Assembly: GCA_002269645.1 (NCBI GenBank)
Contig: NIVC01002941.1
Coordinates: 1-24,082 of the forward strand
From: Macrostomum lignano
Taxonomy: Eukaryota
Length of the DNA stretch: 24,082 nucleotides
Direction: 5' to 3'
In this document: piece by piece, positions 1 through 9,204 of the stretch
How positions within the stretch are numbered: the first letter of the stretch is position 1
How the letters are laid out: every line of letters begins with the position of its first letter
Position numbers and translations under genes: made by a program
The notes under the pieces: generated by a model
The model's input: only the letters and a program-made list of their open reading frames with translations
What the model was told of the DNA's origin: nothing
Databases searched by the model: none

Positions 1-129
1 CTGGCCGGCTGGTTTCGGCCAAAACCGGACGGCGTGGCCAAGGAGCTGCTGTTCGACGCCGAGGGGAATCCAAGTCCGCTGCCGGGCATTGTGCGGCGTC
101 TGTATGCGCACTATGCCAGAGGGATGTGA
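1..129 (+). CDS. Partial coding exon of an unidentified gene (LAGWFRPKPDGVAKELLFDAEGNPSPLPGIVRRLYAHYARGM*)
   Basis: Frame 1 is open from the window start, with the same GC3-rich codon use (ctg, gac, gcc, aag, gag) as the other exons. It ends either at TGA 127-129 or at a GTGAGC donor starting at 126. No family recognised. Confidence 0.55.
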   Translation: MAGWFRPKPDGVAKELLFDAEGNPSPLPGIVRRLYAHYARGM

Positions 130-159
130 GCGCTTCTGGTTGTGCATTGACCTTGTTGC

Positions 160-1958
160 AGTCTTATCTGTCCTATCTGAGTCTTATCTGAGTCTTATCT
201 GAGTCTTATCTGAGTCTTGTCTTAGTCATATCTGAGTCTTATCTGAGTCTTGTCTAAGTCTTATCTGAGTCTTATCTGAGTCTTATCTGAGTCTTATCTG
301 AGTCTTATCTGAGTCTTATCTGAGTCTTGTCTGAGTCTTATCTGTCTTTCTTAGTCTTATCTGAGTCTTATCTGAGTCTTGTCTTAGTCATATCTGAGTC
401 TTATCTGAGTCTTGTCTGAGTCTTGTCTGAGTCTTATCTGAGTCTTATCTGAGTCTTGTCTTAGTCATATCTGAGTCTTATCTGAGTCTTGTCTGAGTCT
501 TGTCTGAGTCTTATCTGTCCTGTCTTATTCTTATCTGAGTCTTATCTGAGTCTTATCTGAGTCTTATCTGAGTCTTATCTGAGTCTTATCTGAGTCTTAT
601 CTGAGTCTTATGTAAGTCTTATCTGAGTCTTATCTGAGTCTTATGTAAGTCTTATCTGAGTCTTATCTGAGTCTTGTCTGAGTCTTATCTGTCCTGTCTT
701 ATTCTTATCTGAGTCTTATCTGAGTCTTATCTGAGTCTTATCTGAGTCTTATGTAAGTCTTATCTGAGTCTTATCTGAGTCTTATGTAAGTCTTATCTGA
801 GTCTTATCTGAGTCTTATCTGAGTCTTATCTGAGTCTTATCTGAGTCTTATCTGAGTCTTATCTGAGTCTAATCTGAGTCTTATCTGAGTCTTATCTGAG
901 TCTTGTCTGAGTCTTATCTGTCCTTTCTTAGTCTTATCTGAGTCTTATCTGAGTCTTGTCTTAGTCATATCTGAGTCTTATCTGAGTCTTGTCTAAGTCT
1001 TATCTGAGTCTTATCTGAGTCTTATCTGAGTCTTGTCTTAGTCATATCTGAGTCTTATCTGAGTCTTGTCTGAGTCTTGTCTGAGTCTTATCTGTCCTGT
1101 CTTATTCTTATCTGAGTCTTATCTGAGTCTTATCTGAGTCTTATCTGAGTCTTATCTGAGTCTTATGTAAGTCTTATCTGAGTCTTATCTGAGTCTTATG
1201 TAAGTCTTATCTGAGTCTTATCTGAGTCTTATCTGAGTCTTATCTGAGTCTTATCTGAGTCTTATCTGAGTCTTATCTGAGTCTAATCTGAGTCTTATCT
1301 GAGTCTTATCTGAGTCTTGTCTGAGTCTTATCTGTCCTTTCTTAGTCTTATCTGAGTCTTATCTGAGTCTTGTCTTAGTCATATCTGAGTCTTATCTGAG
1401 TCTTGTCTAAGTCTTATCTGAGTCTTATCTGAGTCTTATCTGAGTCTTATCTGAGTCTTATCTGAGTCTTATCTGAGTCTTGTCTGAGTCTTATCTGTCC
1501 TTTCTTAGTCTTATCTGAGTCTTATCTGAGTCTTGTCTTAGTCATATCTGAGTCTTATCTGAGTCTTGTCTGAGTCTTGTCTGAGTCTTATCTGAGTCTT
1601 ATCTGAGTCTTATCTGAGTCTTATCTGAGTCTTATCTGAGTCTTGTCTGAGTCTTATCTGTCCTTTCTTAGTCTTATCTGAGTCTTATCTGAGTCTTGTC
1701 TTAGTCATATCTGAGTCTTATCTGAGTCTTGTCTGAGTCTTGTCTGAGTCTTATCTGAGTCTTATCTGAGTCTTGTCTTAGTCATATCTGAGTCTTATCT
1801 GAGTCTTGTCTGAGTCTTGTCTGAGTCTTATCTGTCCTGTCTTATTCTTATCTGAGTCTTATCTGAGTCTTATCTGAGTCTTATCTGAGTCTTATCTGAG
1901 TCTTATCTGAGTCTTATCTGAGTCTTGTCTGAGTCTTATCTGAGTCTTGTCTGAGTCT
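160..1958. repeat. 11-bp tandem satellite (GAGTCTTATCT)n with variant units and higher-order structure
   Basis: Period 11 is visible throughout. Variants ATGTAAG (751/1165) and TCTAATC (AATC at 871/1285) recur 414 bp apart. Confidence 0.97.
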
Positions 1959-2008
1959 AAATTCCTGAATAAAAACACATTATAAGTAGTATTTTTATTC
2001 AGGAATTT
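1959..2008. other. Perfect 17-bp inverted repeat with 16-nt loop
   Basis: AAATTCCTGAATAAAAA (1959-1975) is the exact reverse complement of TTTTTATTCAGGAATTT (1992-2008). Confidence 0.9.
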
Positions 2009-2443
2009 TGCAGGCATAGAAGTGCAAGTGCAGCCAACCCAACATGTGGAACATTGCAGGATTCAACAGAACCCCTTGTTCGCTTTTACGAATAAAATCT
2101 CAGTCAAAATCTTTGGCCAAAAGAAGGAAATTATCTTGTGTCTTTTTGTGATTTCGCCTTGCAAGCCGAATCAATTAATGCGGCATTGGGCATTGGGGAG
2201 GAAGGAACCATGACGAAGAATTCACATGAATGATTTCGGAAATTGTGTTCAGGAATATGAAAATATGGTTTCTATTTTTAGGCTGGGCGTGGCTCGTTTT
2301 TAGGATGGCAAATTAGGAGACGTCTCAGGCTGTTTTACAATTCGATCCATTTTTATTAGGTTTTTATTGTGTGCCACGTGGACTCTGCCTGCAAATTTTG
2401 CTGTATGGCTGGTTAATAGATTTTGGGAGGTTTTAGGGCTCTA

Positions 2444-2500
2444 GCCTAGCAGAGCCGATCGGATTCACAACTGAAAGGTCGGGGTTCGATTCTCGACCCA
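2444..2500 (+). mobile_element. Truncated tRNA-like SINE head, same family as 4035-4326
   Basis: TGAAAGGTCGGGGTTCGATTCTCGACCCA (2472-2500) matches 4071-4100 except for one G in a run, and contains the pol III B-box GGTTCGATTC. Confidence 0.75.
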
Positions 2501-3032
2501 TTGAGTAGGTTCCAAGTGCATGAATATGTTGGATGAATAGCATAACTTGCTATTATTATATAAGAATACCAACATTATACTTTATTATTCATCCATGCTC
2601 TGTAAGCGTCGAATTTCATATGTCGGAAAATGAGAGCAGCTATATTTTGTGATTTAAGCATTCACCAATAAGGTATTTCATCCATATTTCAGCAAGTAAT
2701 ACACCTTTTACGTTCAATTTCGATCAGAGTCAAGTTCTGAAAAAGAAGATAGCGGAAATTCAATTCAAAACAGACAGAGCCGTTGCAATTCAAACATTTA
2801 CAGTAGGCTTTTTGTCTATGGCTAAAGGTAGTCATTTGTTAACTATTTAATCCCCGGCATGGCCCAGCCGACTTCATGGACAAAGAAACGTTTTGGGGGG
2901 TATTATTCATATTTTATACTTCTTCAGGTTATCAGTCTGTTTCTTTTACGAGTATAAAAATTCCTGATGCTGATATTTGTCTTAGTGCCAAAGCAAGTAT
3001 TTTGAGCTACAAACAACCTCAGCAAGATCAAG

Positions 3033-3530
3033 ATGAGCCCCAGAACTGTGAACCATATGCTAGGCTGTCGAACGAATGCCATTGGCTTTGTGATCGAAGC
3101 GCTCGACAGAGGTGAACACCCAAAGGACACTGCAAGGTTGCTGAATTTAAAAGAAAAGATGGTTTACAGCATCCATCAGCGCGTTGAAATCACTGCTGGG
3201 CGAGATCGCCTACGAAAGGGTGGCAAATTGCAGAAATGCAGCAGAAGTTAAAGGAACAGTCCATTTGGTTATCAGATTTTGACTATGACCAGAGCTCTGG
3301 AAAAGCGACTGAAAACTGTTGGTACAGACAAGGACATTCCAGCGGTACGCAACAACCGCAGACTGTTGCGAGAAGGCAGGAATTGGCCGAATGGCTCACG
3401 AGTGTTTGGACCAAGTTGATGCTTGTTGGACCAAATTAAATGCCGCTGTGCAAGCCTTGCTACCATAGACAAAATTTATCTTGGATTAAATTCATGCGTG
3501 TAGGCCCAAATGAGTCACAATTGTACTTTC
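3033..3530 (+). pseudogene. Degenerate Tc1/mariner-like transposase remnant
   Basis: VIEALDRGEHPKDTARLLNLKEKMVYSIHQRVEITAGRDRLRKGGK resembles the Tc1 N-terminal HTH plus GRPR-like linker. ELAEWLTSVWTKL...NAAVQAL resembles Tc1 C-terminal helices. It is broken across frames and no DDE core is visible. Matched from memory, not by search. Confidence 0.5.
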
Positions 3531-3658
3531 TGTGATAAGAATTCTTGTACCTGTACGTCTTGACACAGTTCATGAGGCTTAACGTAAAAAAGTTGTTCAA
3601 ATCCGACGTAAATCCTATTCTAATCTACAAAAACGTCACAATTTCTCACACAATCCAG

Positions 3659-3993
3659 GTGAAAGTCTGGCTGCGAGACGAAGCAGACGTCAAGAGCATG
3701 CTCGCCGAGCTGAAGGTGCTCTTCCTGTACAACAGGCGAGTCACCTCGGTGACGATCTTCGTGCTGGACGGCCGCTCGGTCAGCCAAGTGGCATCGCATC
3801 TGGACACGGAGTTCGGTGACTGGCTTCAGCTGGCCTGCCCGCCAACTCAAGGAGCTACCTGACGATCCACCGCGTGCTGCCGGTGGATCAACGAGCCGCT
3901 GTCGTGTCAGCGGCGCTTCGGGCGTCAGAGGACGCTGAAGTCGAGCTGGCGATGCACCCGTCGCTGGACGGCTTCGACCTCAACCACCTGTGA
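3659..3993 (+). CDS. Probable terminal coding exon of an unidentified gene, with a 1-nt frameshift near 3832
   Basis: Acceptor ...caatccAG ends at 3658. The reading is VKVWLRDEADVKSMLAELKVLFLYNRRVTSVTIFVLDG...DWLQL. Coding-like codon bias then continues in another frame (GLPANSRSYLTIHRVLPVDQRAAVVSAALRASEDAEVELAMHPSLDGFDLNHL*) to TGA 3991-3993. Confidence 0.65.
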
Positions 3994-4034
3994 TGGACAG
4001 AATTGAGACACTGTTTCTCGGAAACTGTTGGAGG

Positions 4035-4326
4035 GTTGCAGCCTTGTGGCTAGAGAGTCGGGCTTGCGAGTGAAAGGTCGGGGGTTCGATTCTCGACCCA
4101 ACTCGGAACAATTTGTGTCCTTGAGCAAGACACTTAACTCTGCATTGCTTCAGTTCACCCAGCTGTAAAATGGGTGCCAGCATTAGCTGGAGTAATTAAT
4201 CCCAGTCCTTGGACTGAACAGCCGTACGCAGCCTTCAGATGTGTCCCCCGCAATAGCTGCGGCTGAGCTGTCGGTTGCACATCTGGTTATTAGGGCAGGT
4301 GTAATCAATTATTATTATTATTATTA
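4035..4326 (+). mobile_element. Apparently full-length tRNA-derived SINE with CORE-like central domain and (TTA)n tail
   Basis: A-box-like GTGGCTAGAG (4046-4055) and B-box GGTTCGATTC (4083-4092). The central TGTGTCCTTGAGCAAGACACTTAAC...CAGCTGTAAAATGGG resembles the MIR/CORE consensus. TTA tail at ~4309-4326. Confidence 0.85.
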
Positions 4327-4912
4327 GGAGGTTTAGCAATTTAGGATCTTTTTTAAAGTCCCAGACTCTCAGTAAAAAATTAACGTTCTTCGTTGAAAAA
4401 CTGATAGAAAGATTGAATGTGCATCAGGATGTCCTGTAAAAGTTACTTGTTTAAAAATTGTTTATGATTTTGTTTATGAGTACTTAATTTAAAGGCTGTT
4501 ATTAATGATTAATGATATTTTGGAAACTTAGGTAAAAAACTAATTTTTAGTTAGCTTAGATCATTTAGACACAAAGTCCGGCTGGCCCTTCAACAGTTTT
4601 CCAAAGAACAGTGCGCAAATTTCACGCCACTATTTGATCATATTTAAGTATCTGAGTGAACATTCTCAACTCACCCAAGGCTCTGTAATAAGCCAATAAG
4701 AATTATTTAATTATTTTATGTACTTTCCTATATCAGATGCATTGCTTAATTGAAGTTGCTGCAGCCTGCGGTTTGGTGACACAATGCTAACCATTGATTG
4801 TATCTTTCTTAATTGCTAATTTCATAAATAAATTAATAAGAGGCTAGGAGGTAGCTCGCTATTTTCATAATTTATTTTAATTGTCTTTTGTGTTGCCCTT
4901 TATATCTTCTCC

Positions 4913-5650
4913 TTTCATCTCCTCTGCCCGTCATCTCCTCTACCCTTCATCTCCCCCATCCTTCATCTCCCCCATCCTGCATCTCCTCAACTCTTCATCT
5001 CCCCCACCCTTCATCTCCCCCATCCTGCATCTCCTCAACTCTTCATCTCCTCCACTCTTCATCTCGTCAGACTCTTCATCTCCTCCGCCCTTCATCTCCT
5101 CAACCCTTCATCTCCTCAACCCTTCATCTCCCCCATCCTTCATCTCCTCAACTCTTCATCTCCCCCACCCTTCATCTCCCCCATCCTTCATCTCCTCAAC
5201 TCTTCATCTCCTCCACTCTTCATCTCGTCAGACTCTTCATCTCCTCCGCCCTTCATCTCCTCAACCCTTCATCTCCTCAACCCTTCATCTCCCCCATCCT
5301 TCATCTCCTCAACTCTTCATCTCCCCCACCCTTCATCTCCCCCATCCTGCATCTCCTCAACTCTTCATCTCCTCCACTCTTCATCTCGTCAGACTCTTCA
5401 TCTCCTCCGCCCTTCATCTCCTCAACCCTTCATCTCCTCAACCCTTCATCTCCACTACCCTTCATCTCCTCAACCCTTCATCTCCACTGCCCTTCATCTT
5501 CTCAACCTTTCATCTTCTCAACCTTTCATCTTCTCAACCCTTCATCTTTTCAACCCTTCATCTCCTCAACCCTTCATCTCCACTACCCTTCATCTCCTCC
5601 ACTCTTCATCTGGTCAGATTCTTCATCCCCTCCGCCCTTCATCTCCTCCC
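4913..5650. repeat. Degenerate ~16-bp C/T-rich minisatellite (core CTTCATCTCC) with a 161-bp higher-order period
   Basis: The CTTCATCTCC core recurs about every 16 nt. The marker ATCTCGTCAGAC occurs at 5061, 5222 and 5383. Confidence 0.93.
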
Positions 5651-5879
5651 CTCCTCTCTTCCACATTACATATCCTTCAATCTGCGTCTGTTCTGCCCTT
5701 TATCTTTATTTTTCTATTTCTACAGCTGAACTGAGCAGGGGAGCTTGGATTAGAGACTTTCCCAGCTCGTGAAATTTCAATATTTTAAAGTTAAAGTCTG
5801 TGACAGCGTTTCCAAGATTCATGCTCGCCTCAGTGTCGTGAAGATATCAAAATTCATATTCATAAAATCCTTGGGCCTC

Positions 5880-6423
5880 ACAGCCGTGGAAGCGTGGGGA
5901 CGCAAGATGGGTGGATCCCCAGATTCCCTGCATTTCGGACAGGTGGCCGAGCGACACGGCAGGGAAGTTGCGAGTCTCCAGGTGCGAGCCTGAACTGGGC
6001 GGGGCCGGGCGAGGCTGCCTGCTCTTGAGCTGCTGTGGGCAACAGCAGGTCTTCTCCTGAGTCGGGGAATACGAAGAGACGAGAGAGGGTGTTCTCCCCT
6101 CCCCGACTCCGCTTCCCTGTGATGCTCAAAGCCTCATCCCGTGCTCAGCTGCAGCTACTCATCTACTCCTGACTTCCCGCCCCTAAGTGATCCCCGTCTC
6201 CCGCTCCCCCCGTTACACACCTGTCAGTCGGGTCTCAGCTCTCGGGCGGCTAAAATCCTCATTTCTTTACTCCTGAGCGAATCAGGACGCGCAGTTCTCG
6301 GAAACAACCAAAAATTCCAATCCTCCGCTGTGCTCAATGCAGCGGCAGTAAAAGCCGTGCCGTCTCAACCGACTGCTGCAATCTGCCTCGCATCACTCCC
6401 TCCCTGTCTCGCCGCTGATCAGA
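5880..6423 (+). promoter_or_regulatory. GC/CpG-rich upstream region (putative promoter or 5' UTR) of the 523-aa gene
   Basis: Local rise in GC and CpG relative to the AT-rich flanks, with a GC-box GGGCGGGG at 5997-6004. It lies directly upstream of ATG 6424. No TSS evidence. Confidence 0.35.
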
Positions 6424-6933
6424 ATGGGCCAAAGCAACTCTGTTGAGCGGGTGTTCACTCCGCCGAAGTTCACCAGCTCCTACGGCCACTGCGCCCTGCA
6501 CGTGTCGCATGAAATCGGCGATCTGTGCGGCAGCAGCGGCGGCACTGGCGACTGGGACGTCGACACCGGCAGCAAAGCTGGCGGCCTTGACGTTCTCTAC
6601 GGCGACTCGGAGCTCTCCGGCCTGCTGATGAAAGCTTTGCTGGCTCATGTTGGCGGCAGCTCCAAGGACCTTCAGCCGTACGCCCGGCTCGTCAAGGACG
6701 GCTGGCAGAGAGTCTCGTGCGCCCGCCTGCTGCGCCCGATGCCCACGGTGGAGCCGGTGGAGCCGCTGTGCAGGAAGCGCTACAGCTTCCTCTGCGACTT
6801 CCTAGCCAGCCTCTACGCCAACGGCTACCGCGTGCTGGCCGGCATCAAACTGCTGCGGAAGCACGATGGACTCAACTTGAGCTCCATCCTGCTGGAGCAG
6901 GTGCGGAAAGAGGAAGGCCAGGACGCCGAGGAG
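6424..6933 (+). CDS. Exon 1 of 4 (170 codons) of a 523-aa uncharacterised four-repeat protein
   Basis: ATG at 6424 gives MGQSNS. The frame is open and GC3-rich up to ...QDAEE, followed by donor GTGAGC at 6934 (phase 0). Confidence 0.88.
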
Positions 6934-6947
6934 GTGAGCGAGTCAAT

Positions 6948-6969
6948 TTATTATTATTATTATTATTAT

Positions 6970-7007
<38 letters not shown>

Positions 7008-7008
7008 G

Positions 7009-7050
<42 letters not shown>
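6948..7050. repeat. Compound microsatellite (TTA)n(CTA)n in intron 1
   Basis: Directly visible trinucleotide runs filling most of the 132-nt intron. Confidence 0.97.
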
Positions 7051-7052
<2 letters not shown>

Positions 7053-7065
7053 TCAAATTTTCCAG

Positions 7066-7371
7066 ATGAAATTTTCCGTCATAGATTTGCACGGAGAAGA
7101 CACACTAATGGTCTGGTTCGCCCCTCGCGACCTACAAAATGACATAACTGAGATTTTCGATCGGTACTGCAATCATGAGTACAGGAGAATCGAAATCAGT
7201 GAGACGTGTCTCCACCTGGTTGCCAAGGACTCGATCTGGTTCACTGGCAAGGGCAGCAGCATGGAGATCAAGGACATGGGTCGCTACATTCTGCTTCACC
7301 TGATCGAGTCGGCCATCGGTCGTGGATTCTGGCCGGAAGTGGCGCTGAACCTTGGACAGAACGACACTCTG
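7066..7371 (+). CDS. Exon 2 of 4 (102 codons)
   Basis: Acceptor ttttccAG ends at 7065. The reading is [14 protein letters not shown]...LGQNDTL, followed by donor GTTAGA at 7372 (phase 0/0). Confidence 0.85.
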
Positions 7372-7440
7372 GTTAGAACAAGCATAATACTGCTAGTACC
7401 ATGAATGCATAACCAACTATTTAAATTTGTTATTTCTATT

Positions 7441-7820
7441 AGTTGCTTGGTTGGTTGGTTGGTTGTTTCGTTAGTTGGTTGGTTGTTTGATTGGTTGTTT
7501 GGTTGGTTGGTTGGTTGGTTGGTTGGTTGGTTGGTTGGTTGGTTGGTTGGTTGGTTGGTTGGTTGGTTGGTTGGTTGGTTGGTTGGTTGGTTGGTTGGTT
7601 GGTTGGTTGGTTGGTTGGCTGCTTGGTTGCTTGGTTGCTTGGTTGCTTGGTTGCTTGGTTGCTTGGTTGCTTGGTTGCTTGGTTGCTTGGTTGCTTGGTT
7701 GCTTGGTTGCTTGGTTGCTTGGTTGCTTGGTTGCTTGGTTGCTTGGTTGCTTGGTTGCTTGGTTGCTTGGTTGCTTGGTTAGTTGTTTTGCTGGTTGGTT
7801 CGTTTTGGTTGGCTGGTTGT
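7441..7820. repeat. Compound microsatellite (TTGG)n switching to (TTGCTTGG)n in intron 2
   Basis: Pure TTGG run at ~7500-7618, then the 8-mer GCTTGGTT at ~7619-7780, with degenerate edges. Confidence 0.97.
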
Positions 7821-7863
7821 TTTATTTTCTCTATACAAAATACCGATTAAAACTCCAATCCAG

Positions 7864-8166
7864 GTGATGAGGAAAGCCCCAGAAAAGTGTCTCGAGCTCA
7901 CGGACACGCGCCTGCTGATGGTGTCTTTGGAGCGGAAAAATTGTATTCGACTGGTTTCGTCCGACAATTCCTCTGTCAAGTGGTGCCTCGACGTGACTCA
8001 GAAGTTTTGGAACCAGACGGAGTTCGGCGGGGTCAAGTCAGTGTCCAACTACAGCCACTCGGTTCTCGTTGAGCTCAACGTCCAGATCTGGCGGGTGCAC
8101 TACTTTGATGAGAGAAGCATGTACGGCAAGTTGTATCTGGTGCGACTGTTCACCGACGCGCTGCAG
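7864..8166 (+). CDS. Exon 3 of 4 (101 codons)
   Basis: Acceptor caatccAG ends at 7863. The reading is VMRKAPEK...LFTDALQ, followed by donor GTGAGA at 8167 (phase 0/0). Confidence 0.88.
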
Positions 8167-9204
8167 GTGAGACACTCTGCTGTTGTGTCGATGCTGTATC
8201 GGTCTATAGGCTGCTGAAATTGTCTGTGAAGAAGCAGTGAAGATTCGCATCACAGGCACTTGGATCAGAGAAGAATCTTGGGCTTAATATTAGAATTCAG
8301 TGTTTAATAACCTTCATAGACTACTCAGGATGTATAAGAAGTAAAATGGATCAGAAATTTCGCTAATTAGAAAAATTCCGTTCGTTGTTTCCATTTTCCT
8401 AAAGAATTATTTTTCTATATGTCTTCACGTACTTCGTAAACCTGTTGACAGCGTTTGATTCGATTTTCAAAGGACTTTTCCGAGCAAGCAAATGTGAAAT
8501 TGTTTCCTAGATTTGATCAGTGCTCTTAGTCTTGCAGAAAACATTATTTATTGAGATGATTTAGAATGGCTCTGTGAAACTATAAGAGATAAAGGGAATA
8601 ACAAAACATACAATTAATCAACTCTGCACAGAAGCAAGGGCCTGGGATGTACGACGTATTTTTTTAATGAGCTTTGAAACCTACGATTTGGTCGCATAAT
8701 AAGACTGCCCACAGAAGAGCCTGAAGGCACTCTATTGCAGTGTCTGCAATAATGTGGCTCACTGATATTACAAAAGAACTTCAAGCATGTCCGTCCACTG
8801 AGGCCAGAGCTCTGGCCTATCAGAGCGCACAAACCGATGGTCCCCCGGTTTCCACTTTCATTGTTCCTCCATGTCAATACGCTTGTAAACGAGACACCTA
8901 GTGCTTTTTGCCCGCTGGCTAACTAAAAAAAGGGAATGACTACCATATGCATGCATAGCTCGTAGCTAGTAGCAACTTAACGGTTAGCGCGCCTGACTAT
9001 CGTGAGTTCTTGTGAGTCCGTGAGTTTCGAGAATGGTCGACATTAATTTGGAGCGTCCGCACAGAAATGGGCCTTCGTTGGGGTCGTGTGGCCACAAGTC
9101 CCAAATGAATGCAAGGGTTGCCGTAGCGCGAGAGTCAGACGTGTTTACTGAGAACTGCGGAGCGGACCCGGTGCCAGCAACTCAAGCGAACTTCCCCCTT
9201 TCAG

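Noticed and set aside
3545-3658. N-terminal part of ORF 3545-3862 as coding
   Set aside because: AT-rich, non-ATG start, and ends at a clear acceptor at 3658, so it is intronic.
3816-3829. 14-nt GT...AG micro-intron that would repair the frameshift
   Set aside because: Too short for normal spliceosomal removal. A 1-nt homopolymer deletion is more parsimonious.
4035-4110. Functional tRNA gene
   Set aside because: A/B boxes are present but there is no convincing acceptor stem, and it continues into a SINE body and tail.
4881-5772. 282-aa and 294-aa Ser/Pro/Leu/His-rich ORFs
   Set aside because: Produced by a G-poor minisatellite that cannot easily form stop codons. Two overlapping frames are open and neither has the exon-like codon bias.
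6934-7142. Poly-Tyr tail of ORF 6424-7008 and poly-Leu ORF 6717-7142
   Set aside because: Read-through into the (TTA)n(CTA)n intron past a good GTGAGC donor at 6934.
7405-7867. [12 protein letters not shown] repeat ORFs
   Set aside because: Translations of the intronic TTGG/TTGCTTGG microsatellite.
8614-8877. 87-aa minus-strand ORF in intron 3
   Set aside because: No recognisable motif or codon bias, and the length is within chance expectation.
8965-9030. Second degenerate tRNA-like SINE head (AACGGTTAGCGCGCCTGACT...GAGTTTCGAG)
   Set aside because: The B-box is corrupted and no recognisable body or tail follows. Too weak to call.
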